NCBI GenBank assembly: GCA_964016885.1
Contig: OZ024743.1
Location: 130,882,001-130,946,000 of the forward strand
From: Eledone cirrhosa
Lineage: Eukaryota
DNA: 64,000 nt
Reading direction: 5' to 3'
Numbering within the stretch: the stretch's first letter is position 1; each line of letters begins with the position of its first letter. The translations under genes and the position numbers were made by a program. Below, one piece after another: positions 1 to 9,901 of the stretch. The notes below the pieces were generated by a model. It did not search any database. It had not been told where the DNA came from and worked only from the letters and a program-made list of their open reading frames with translations.

Positions 1-3000
1 TGGTGTTTGGTGCTTGGTGCTTGGTGTTTGGTGTTTGGTGCTTGGTGCTTGGTGCTTGGTGTTTGATGTTTGGTGCTTGGTGCTTGGTGTTTGGTGTTTG
101 GTTCTTGGTGCTTGGTATTTGGTGCTTGGTGCTTGCTGCTTGGTGTTTGATGCTTGGTGCTTGGTGTTTGGTTTTTGGTGGTAGGTGCTTGGTGCTTGGT
201 GTTTGGTGCTTGGTGTTTGGTGTTTGCTGCTTGGTGCTTGGGGCTTGGTGTTTGGTACTTGGTGCTTGGTGCTTGGTGTTTGGTGCTTGGTGCTTGGTGT
301 ATGTTGTTTGGTGTTTGGTGCTTGGTGTTTGGTGTTTGGTGCTTGGTGCTTGGTGTTTGTTGCTTGGTACTTGGTTCATGGTGTTTGGTGCTGGGTGCTT
401 GGTGTTTGGTGCTTGGTGCTTGGTGTTTGGTGTTTGGTGCTTGGTGTTTGGTGTTTGGTGCTTGGTGCTTGGTGTTTGTTGCTTGGTACTTGGTGCATGG
501 TGTTTGGTGCTGGGTGCTTGGTGTTTGGTGCTTGGTGTTTGGTGCTTGGTGCTTGGTGTTTGGTGTTTGGTGTTTGGTGTTTGGTGTTTGATGCTTGGTG
601 CTTGGTGCTTGGTGCTTGGTGTTAGGTGTTTGGTGCTTGGTGCTTGGTGTTTGGTGTTTGGTCCTTGGTGCTTGGTGTTTAGTGCTTGGTGCTTGGTGTT
701 TGTTGTTTGGTGCTTTCTGCTTGCTGCTTGGCGTTTGGTGCTTGGTGCTTGGTGCTTGGTGTTTGGTGTTTGGTGCTAGGTGCTTGGTGTTTGGTGTTTG
801 GTGTTTGATGCTTGGTGTTTGGTGCTTGGTGTTTGGTGTTTTGTGCTTGGTGCTTGGGGCTTGATGTTTAGTGCTTGGTGCTTGGTGCTTGGTGTTTGGT
901 GCTTGGTGCTTGGTGTTTGGTGTTTGGTGTTTGGTGCTCGGTGCTTGGTGTTTGGTGCTTGGTGCTTGGTGCTGGGTGGTTGGTATTTGGTGCTTGGTGC
1001 TTGGTGTTTGGTGCTTGGTGCTTGGTGCTTGGTGTTTGGTGCTTGGTGCTTGGTGCTTGGTCTTTGGTGCTTGGTGTTTGGTGCTTGGTGCTTGGTGCTT
1101 GGTGTTTGGTGCTTGGTGATTAGTGTTTGATGCTTGGTGCTTGGGGTTTGGTGTTTGGTGCTTGGTACTTGGTGTTTGGTGCTTGGTGTTTGGTGTTTGC
1201 TGTTTGGTGTTTGGTGTTTGCTGTTTGCTGTTTGCTGTTTGCTTTTTGGTGTTTGGTGTTTGCTGTATGGTGTTTGCTGTTTGGTGTTTGGTGTTTGCTG
1301 TTTGGTGTTTGGTGTTTGCTGTTTGGTCTTTGGTGCTTGGTGTTTGGTGCTTGGTGCTTGGTGTTTGGTGTTTGGTGCTTGGTGCTTGGTGTTTGGTGTT
1401 TGTTGCTTGGTGTTTGGTGCTTGGTGTTTGGTGTTTGGTGTTTGGTGCTTGGTGTCTGGTGCTTGGTGTTTGGTGTTTGGTGTTTGGTGCTTGGTGTTTG
1501 GTGTTTGCTGTTTGGTGCTTGGTGTTTGGTGTTTGGTGTTTGGTGTTTGGTGCTTGTTGCTTGGTGCTTGGTGCTTGGGGTTCGGTTCTTGGTTCTTGGT
1601 GTTTGGTACTTGGTGCTTGGTGTTTGGTCCTGGGTGCTTGGTGTTTGGTGCTTGGTGCTTGGTGCTTGCTGTTTGGTGTTTGGTGCTTGGTGCTTGGTGT
1701 TTGGTGTTTGGTGTTATATGCTTGGTGTTTGATGCTTGGTGCTTGGTGCTTGGTATTTGGTGTTTGGTGCTTGGTGTTTGTACTTGGTGCTTGGTTCTTG
1801 GTTCTTGGTGCTTGGTGCTTGGTGCTTGGTGCTTGGTGCTTGGTGTTTGGTGCTTGGTGTTTGGTGCTTGGTGTTTGGTGCTTGGTGCCTGGTGCTTGGT
1901 GCTTGGTGCTTAGTGTTTGGTGCTTGGTGTTTGGTGCTTGGTGTTAGGTGTTTGGTGCTTGGTGCTTGGTGTTTGGTGTTTCGTGCTTGGTGTTTGGTGC
2001 TTGGTGCTTGGTGTTTGGTGTTTGGTGCTTGGTGTTTGGTGCTTGGTACTTGGTGCTTGGTGCTTGGTGTTAGGTGTTTGGTGCTTGGTGCTTGGTGCTT
2101 GGTGTTTGGTTTTTGGTGCTTGGTGCTTGGTGTTTGGTGTTTGGTGCTTGCTGCTGGCTGCTTGATGTTTGGTGCTTGGTGATTGGTGCTTGGTGTTTGG
2201 TGCTTGGTGTTTGGTGTTTGGTACTAGGTGCTTGGTGTTTGGTGTTTGGTGCTTCGTGCTTGGTGTTTGGTGTTTGGTGTTTGGTGCTTGGTGCTTGGTG
2301 CTTGGTGCTGGGTGGTTGGTGTTTGGTGCTTGGTGATTAGTGTTTGGTGCTAGGTGCTTGGGGTTTGGTGTTTGGTGCTTGGTGCTTGGTGTTTGGTGCT
2401 TGGTGCTTGGTGTTTGGTGCTTGGTGGTTGGTGTTTGCTGTTTGCTGTTTGCTGTTTGGTGTTTGTTGTTTGGTGTTTGTTGATTGGTGTTTGCTGTTTG
2501 GTGCTTGGTGCTTGGTCTTTGGTGCTTGGTGTTTGGTGTTTGGTGCTTGGTGCTTTGTGTTTGGTGCTTGGTGATTAGTGTTTGGTGCTTGGTGCTTGGG
2601 GTTTGGTGTTTGGTGCTTGGTACTTGGTGTTTGGTGCTTGGTGTTTGGTGTTTGCTGTTTGGTGTTTGGTGTTTGGTGTTTGCTGTATGGTGTTTGCTGT
2701 TTCGTGTTTGGTGTTTGCTGTTTGGTGTTTGGTGTTTGCTGTTTGGTGTTTGGTCTTTGGTGCTTGGTGTTTGGTGCTTGGTGCTTGGTGTTTGGTGTTT
2801 GGTGCTTGGTGTTTGGTGTTTGGTGCTTGGTGCTTGGTGCTTGGTGTTTGGTGTTTGGTGTTTGGTGCTTGGTGTCTGGTGCTTGGTGTTTGGTGTTTGG
2901 TGTTTGGTGCTTGGTGTTTGGTGTTTGGTGTTTGGTGCTTGGTGCTTGTTGCTTGGTACTTGGTGCTTGGTGTTTGGTGTTTGGTGCTTGGTGTTTGGTG

Positions 3001-5590
3001 CTGGGTGCTTGGTGTTTGGTGCTTGGTGCTTGGTGCTTGGTGTTTGGTGTTTGGTGCTTGGTGCTTGGTGCTTGGTGTTTGGTGTTTGGTGCTTGGTGTT
3101 TTATGCTTGGTGTTTGATGTTTGATGCTTGGTGCTTGGTGTTTGGTGCTTGGTGCTTGGTGTTTGTACTTGGTGCTTGGTGCTTGGTTCTTGGTGTTTGG
3201 TGCTTGGTGCTTGGTGCTTGGTGCTTGGTGTTTGGTGCTTGGTGTTTGGTGCTTGGTGTTTGGTGCTTGGTGCCTGGTGCTTGGTGCTTGGTGCTTGGTG
3301 TTTGGTGCTTGGTGTTTGGTGCTTGGTATTAGGTGTTTGGTGCTTGGTGCTTGGTGTTTGGTGTTTGGTGCTTGGTGTTTGGTGCTTGGTGCTTGGTGTT
3401 TGGTGTTTGGTGCTTGGTGTTTGGTGCTTGGTACTTGGTGCTTGGTGCTTGGTGTTAGGTGTTTGGTGCTTGGTGCTTGGTGTTTGGTTTTTGTTGCTTG
3501 GTGCTTGGTGTTTGGTGTTTGGTGCTTGCTGCTGGCTGCTTGCTGTTTGGTGCTTGGTGATTGGTGCTTGGTGTTTGGTGCTTGGTGTTTGGTGTTTGGT
3601 ACTAGGTGCTTGGTGCTTGGTGTTTGGTGCTTGGTGCTTGGTGTTTGGTGTTTGGTGCTTGGTGCTTGGTGTTTGGTGCTTGGTGCTGGGTGCTGGGTGG
3701 TTGGTGTTTGGTGTTTGGTGTTTGGTGCTGGGTGCTTGGTGTTTGGTGCTTGGTGTTTGGTCTTTGGTGTTTGGTGTTTGGTGTTTGGTGCTTGGTGCTT
3801 GGTGCTTGGTGTTTGGTGCTTGGTGCTTGGTGTTTGGTGCTTGGTGCTTAGTGTTTGGTGCTAGGTGCTTGGGGTTTGGTGTTTGGTGCTTGGTGCTTGG
3901 TGTTTGGTGTTTGGTGCTTGGTGCTTGGTGTTTGGTGTTTGGTGCTTGGTGCTTGGTGTTTGGTGTTTGGTGTTTGCTGTTTGGTGTTTGGTGTTTGGTG
4001 TTTGCTGTTTGGTGTCTGCTTTTTGGTGTTTGGTGTTGGCTGTATGTTATTTGCTGTTTGGTGTTTGGTGTTTGGTGTTTGGTGCTTGGTGCTTGGTGTT
4101 TGGTGTTTGGTGCTTGGTGCTTGGAGTTTGGTGTTTGGTGCTTGGTGCTTGGTGTTTTGTGTTTGGTGTTTGGTTTTTGGTGCTTGGTGCTTGGTGCTTG
4201 TTGCTTGGTCCTTGGTGTTTGGTGCTTGGTGCTTGGTGTTTGTACTTGGTGCTTGGTGCTTGGTGTTTGGTTCTTGGTTCTTGGTGTTTGGTACTTGGTG
4301 CTTGGTGCTCGGTGCTTGGTGTTTGGTGTTTGGTGCTTGGTGTTTGGTGCTTGGTGCTTGGTGCTTGGTGTTAGGTGTTTGGTGCTTGGTGCATGGTGTT
4401 TGGTGCTTGGTGTTTGGTGTTTGCTGTTTGGTGTTTGGTGCTTGGTGTTTGGTGTTTGCTGTTTGGTGTCTGCTTTTTGGTGTTTGGTGTTTGCTGTATG
4501 GTGTTTGCTGTTTCGTGTTTGGTGTTTGCTGTTTGGTGTTTGGTGTTTGCTGTTTGGTGTTTGGTCTTTGGTGCTTGGTGTTTGGTGCTTGGTGCTTGGT
4601 GTTTGGTGTTTGGTGCTTGGTGCTTGGTGCTTCGTGTTTGGTGTTTGGTGCTTGGTGTCTGGAGCTTGGTGTTTGGTGTTTGGTGCTTGGTATTTGGTGT
4701 TTGGTGCTTGGTGCTTGGTGTTTGGTGCTTGGTGCTTGGTGTTTGTACTTGGTGCTTGGTGCTTGGTGTTTGGTGCTTGGTTCTTGGTGTTTGGTGCTTG
4801 GTGTTTGGTGCTTGGTGCTTGGTGTTTGGTGCTTGGTGCTTGGTGTTTGGTGTTTGGTGCTTGGTGCTTGGTGCTTGGTGTTTGGTGTTTGGTGCTTGGT
4901 GCTTGGTGTTTGGTGTTTGGTTCTTGGTGCTTGGTATTTGGTGCTTGGTGCTTGCTGCTTGGTGTTTGGTGCTTGGTGATTGATGCTTGGTGTTTGATGC
5001 TTGGTGCTTGGTGTTTGGTTTTTGGTGCTAGGTGCTTGGTGCTTGGTGTTTGGTGCATGGTGTTTGGTGTTTGCTGCTTGGTGCTTGGGGCTTGGTGTTT
5101 GGTACTTGGTGCTTGGTGCTTGGTGTTTGGTGCTTGGTGCTTGGTGTATGGTGTTTGGTGTTTGGTGCTTGGTGTTTGATGTTTGGTGCTTGGTGCTTGG
5201 TGTTTGTTGCTTGGTACTTGGTTCATGGTGTTTGGTGCTGGGTGCTTGGTGTTTGGTTCTTGGTGCTTGGTGTTTGGTGTTTGGTGCTTGGTGTTTGGTG
5301 TTTGGTGCTTGGTGCTTGGTGTTTGTTGCTTGGTACTTGGCACATGGTGTTTGGTGCTGGGTACTTGGTGTTTGGTGCTTGGTGTTTGGTGCTTGGTGCT
5401 TGGTGTTTGGTGTTTGGTGTTTGATGCTTGGTGTTTGATGCTTGGTGCTTGGTGCTTGGTGTTTGGTGCTTGGTGTTTGTACTTGGTGCTTGGTGTTTTG
5501 TGCTTGGTTCTTTGTGTTTGGTGTTTGGTGCTTGGTGCTTGGTGCTTGGTGTTAGGTGTTTGGTGCTTGGTGCTTGGTGTTTGGTGTTTG
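1..5590. repeat. HOR domain A (left part): ~4.8 kb higher-order unit
   Basis: The marker string at 154 recurs at 5001 (offset 4847). The same unit recurs at 21.4-30 kb (1123 to 25142; 2578 to 21750 and 26520; 5001 to 24111). Markers include TATATGC/TTTATGC, TTGCTGC-TGGCTGC and TGGCTGT-ATGTTAT. Confidence 0.8.
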
Positions 5591-8500
5591 GTACTAGGTG
5601 CTTGGTGATTGGTGTTTGGCGCTTGGTGCTTGGTGTTTGGTGTTTGGTGTTTGGTGCTTGCTGCTTGGTGCTTGGTGCTGGGTGGTTGGTGTTTGGTGCT
5701 TGGTGATTAGTGTTTGGTGCTAGGTGCTTGGGGTTTGGTGTTTGGTGCTTGGTGCTTGGTGTTTGGTGCTTGGTGCTTGGTGTTTGGTGCTTGGTGCTTG
5801 GTGTTTGGTGTTTGCTGTTTGCTGTTTGGTGTTTGTTGTTTGGTGTTTGTTGTTTGGTGTTTGCTGTTTGGTGTTTGGTATTTGGTGTTTGCTGTTTGGT
5901 GTCTGCTTTTTGGTGTTTGGTGTTTGCTGTATGTTGTTTGCTGTTTGGTGTTTGGTGTTTGGTGTTTGGTGTTTGGTGCTTGGTGCTTGGTGTTTGGTGC
6001 TTGGTGCTTGGTGTTTGGTGCCTGGTGCTTGGTACTTGGTGTTTGGTGTTTGGTGCTTGGTGCTTGGTGCTTGGAGTTTGGTGTTTGGTGCTTGGTGCTT
6101 GGTGTTTTGTGTTTGGTGTTTGGTTTTTGGTGCTTGGTGCTTGGTGCTTGGTACTTAGTCCTTGGTGTTTGGTGCTTGGTGCTTGGTGTTTGTACTTGGT
6201 GCTTGGTGCTTGGTGTTTGGTTCTTGGTTCTTGGTGTTTGGTACTTGGTGCTTGGTGCTTGGTTCTTGGTGTTTGGTGTTTGGTGCTTGGTGTTTGGTGC
6301 TTGGTGCTTGGTGCTTGGTGCTTGGTGTTAGGTGTTTGGTGCTTGGTGCTTGGTGTTTGGTGCTTGGTGTTTGCTGTCTGGTGTTTGGTGTTTGGTGTTT
6401 GGTGTTTGCTGTTTGGTGTCTGCTTTTTGGTGTTTGGTGTTTGCTGTATGGTGTTTGCTGTTTGGTGTTTGGTGCTTCGTGTTTGGTGTTTGGTCTTTGG
6501 TGATTGGTGTCTGGTGCTTGATGTTTGGTGTTTGGTGTTTGGTGCTTGGTGCTTGGTGTTTGGTGCTTGGTGCTTGGTGTTTGTACTTGGTGCTTGGTGC
6601 TTGGTGTTTGGTGCTTGGTTCTTGGTGTTTGGTGCTTGGTGTTTGGTGCTTGGTGCTTGGTGTTTGGTGCTTGGTGCTTGGTGTTTGGTGTTTGGTGCTT
6701 GGTGCTTGGTGCTTGGTGTTAGGTGTTTGGTGCTTGGTGCTTGGTGTTTAGTGTTTGGTTCTTGGTGCTTGGTATTTGGTGCTTGGTGCTTGCTGCTTGG
6801 TGTTTGGTGCTTGGTGATTGATGCTTGGTGTTTGGTGCTTGGTGCCCAGTGTTTGGTTTTTGGTCCTAGGTGCTTGGTGCATGGTGTTTGGTGCTTGGTG
6901 TTTGGTGTTTGGTGGTTGGTGCTTGGGGATTGGTGTTTGGTACTTGGTGCTTGGTGCTTGGTGTTTGGTGCTTGGTGCTTGGTGTTTGGTGTTTGGTGCT
7001 TGGTGCTTGGTATTTGGTGCTTGGTGCTTGGTGTTTGGTGTTTGGTGCTTGGTGCTTGGTGTTTGGTGCTTGGTGCTTGGTGCTTGTTGTTTGGTGATTG
7101 GTGCTTGGTGCTTGGTGTTTGGTGTTTGGTGCTTGGGGCTTGGTGTTTGGTGCTGCGTGCTTGGTGCTTGGTGCTTGATGCTTGGTGCTTGGTGTTTGAT
7201 GCTTGGTGTTTGATGCTTTGTGTTTGGTGTTTGGTGTTTGGTGCTTGGTGTTTGGTGTTTGATGCTTGGTGCTTGATGCTTGGTGCTTGGTGCTTGGTGT
7301 TTGGTGCTTGGTGCTTGGTGTTTGGTGTTTGGTGCTTGGTGCTTGGTGTTTGGTGCTTGGTGCTTGGTGCTTGTTGTTTGGTGCTTGGTGCTTGGTGCTT
7401 GGTGTTTGGTGTTTGGTGCTTGGTGCTTGGTGTTTGGTGTTTGGTTCTTGGTGCTTGGTATTTGGTGCTTGGTGCTTGCTGCTTGGTGTTTGGTGCTTGG
7501 TGATTGATGCTTGGTGTTTGATGCTTGGTGCTTGGTGTTTGGTTTTTGGTGCTAGGTGCTTGGTGCTTGGTGTTTGGTGCATGGTGTTTGGTGTTTGCTG
7601 CTTGGTGCTTGGGGCTTGGTGTTTGGTACTTGGTGCTTGGTGCTTGGTGTTTGGTGCTTGGTGCTTGGTGTATGGTGTTTGGTGTTTGGTGCTTGGTGTT
7701 TGATGTTTGGTGCTTGGTGCTTGGTGTTTGTTGCTTGGTACTTGGTTCATGGTGTTTGGTGCTGGGTGCTTGGTGTTTGGTTCTTGGTGCTTGGTGTTTG
7801 GTGTTTGGTGCTTGGTGTTTGGTGTTTGGTGCTTGGTGCTTGGTGTTTGTTGCTTGGTACTTGGCACATGGTGTTTGGTGCTGGGTACTTGGTGTTTGGT
7901 GCTTGGTGTTTGGTGCTTGGTGCTTGGTGTTTGGTGTTTGGTGTTTGATGCTTGGTGTTTGATGCTTGGTGCTTGGTGCTTGGTGTTTGGTGCTTGGTGT
8001 TTGTACTTGGTGCTTGGTGTTTTGTGCTTGGTTCTTTGTGTTTGGTGTTTGGTGCTTGGTGCTTGGTGCTTGGTGTTAGGTGTTTGGTGCTTGGTGCTTG
8101 GTGTTTGGTGTTTGGTACTAGGTGCTTGGTGATTGGTGTTTGGCGCTTGGTGCTTGGTGTTTGGTGTTTGGTGTTTGGTGCTTGCTGCTTGGTGCTTGGT
8201 GCTGGGTGGTTGGTGTTTGGTGCTTGGTGATTAGTGTTTGGTGCTAGGTGCTTGGGGTTTGGTGTTTGGTGCTTGGTGCTTGGTGTTTGGTGCTTGGTGC
8301 TTGGTGTTTGGTGCTTGGTGCTTGGTGTTTGGTGTTTGCTGTTTGCTGTTTGGTGTTTGTTGTTTGGTGTTTGTTGTTTGGTGTTTGCTGTTTGGTGTTT
8401 GGTATTTGGTGTTTGCTGTTTGGTGTCTGCTTTTTGGTGTTTGGTGTTTGCTGTATGTTGTTTGCTGTTTGGTGTTTGGTGTTTGGTGTTTGGTGTTTGG

Positions 8501-9901
8501 TGCTTGGTGCTTGGTGTTTGGTGCTTGGTGCTTGGTGTTTGGTGCCTGGTGCTTGGTACTTGGTGTTTGGTGTTTGGTGCTTGGTGCTTGGTGCTTGGAG
8601 TTTGGTGTTTGGTGCTTGGTGCTTGGTGTTTTGTGTTTGGTGTTTGGTTTTTGGTGCTTGGTGCTTGGTGCTTGGTACTTAGTCCTTGGTGTTTGGTGCT
8701 TGGTGCTTGGTGTTTGTACTTGGTGCTTGGTGCTTGGTGTTTGGTTCTTGGTTCTTGGTGTTTGGTACTTGGTGCTTGGTGCTTGGTGCTTGGTGTTTGG
8801 TGTTTGGTGCTTGGTGTTTGGTGCTTGGTGCTTGGTGCTTGGTGCTTGGTGTTAGGTGTTTGGTGCTTGGTGCTTGGTGTTTGGTGCTTGGTGTTTGCTG
8901 TCTGGTGTTTGGTGTTTGGTGTTTGGTGTTTGCTGTTTGGTGTCTGCTTTTTGGTGTTTGGTGTTTGCTGTATGGTGTTTGCTGTTTGGTGTTTGGTGCT
9001 TCGTGTTTGGTGTTTGGTCTTTGGTGATTGGTGTCTGGTGCTTGATGTTTGGTGTTTGGTGTTTGGTGCTTGGTGCTTGGTGTTTGGTGCTTGGTGCTTG
9101 GTGTTTGTACTTGGTGCTTGGTGCTTGGTGTTTGGTGCTTGGTTCTTGGTGTTTGGTGCTTGGTGTTTGGTGCTTGGTGCTTGGTGTTTGGTGCTTGGTG
9201 CTTGGTGTTTGGTGTTTGGTGCTTGGTGCTTGGTGCTTGGTGTTAGGTGTTTGGTGCTTGGTGCTTGGTGTTTAGTGTTTGGTTCTTGGTGCTTGGTATT
9301 TGGTGCTTGGTGCTTGCTGCTTGGTGTTTGGTGCTTGGTGATTGATGCTTGGTGTTTGGTGCTTGGTGCCCAGTGTTTGGTTTTTGGTGCTAGGTGCTTG
9401 GTGCATGGTGTTTGGTGCTTGGTGTTTGGTGTTTGGTGGTTGGTGCTTGGGGATTGGTGTTTGGTACTTGGTGCTTGGTGCTTGGTGTTTGGTGCTTGGT
9501 GCTTGGTGTTTGGTGTTTGGTGCTTGGTGCTTGGTATTTGGTGCTTGGTGCTTGGTGTTTGGTGTTTGGTGCTTGGTGCTTGGTGTTTGGTGCTTGGTGC
9601 TTGGTGCTTGTTGTTTGGTGATTGGTGCTTGGTGCTTGGTGTTTGGTGTTTGGTGCTTGGGGCTTGGTGTTTGGTGCTGCGTGCTTGGTGCTTGGTGCTT
9701 GATGCTTGGTGCTTGGTGTTTGATGCTTGGTGTTTGATGCTTTGTGTTTGGTGTTTGGTGTTTGGTGCTTGGTGTTTGGTGTTTGATGCTTGGTGCTTGA
9801 TGCTTGGTGCTTGGTGCTTGGTGTTTGGTGCTTGGTGCTTGGTGTTTGGTGTTTGGTGCTTGGTGCTTGGTGTTTGGTGCTTGGTGCTTGGTGCTTGTTG
9901 T
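4854..9901. repeat. Near-perfect 2,524 bp tandem duplication (4854-7377 | 7378-9901)
   Basis: Constant offset of 2524 (ORF starts 5001/7525 and 5710/8234; CCCAGT at 6845/9369). 2524 = 361x7 - 3, matching three 6-bp TTGTAC units at 5477, 6190 and 6581. The match starts after TTGTTGT at 7371 and ends before TTGATGA at 9902. Confidence 0.92.

Noticed and set aside
1183-1329. Island length of exactly 147 bp as proof of nucleosome positioning
   Set aside because: Paralogous islands range from about 17 to 25 monomers, so the exact match is probably coincidental.
1713-1720. TTATAT/TATATG as a TATA or -10 promoter element, and T runs as terminators
   Set aside because: These are substituted monomers (TATATGC, TTGGTTT) in the normal 7-bp register, with no hairpin and no downstream gene.
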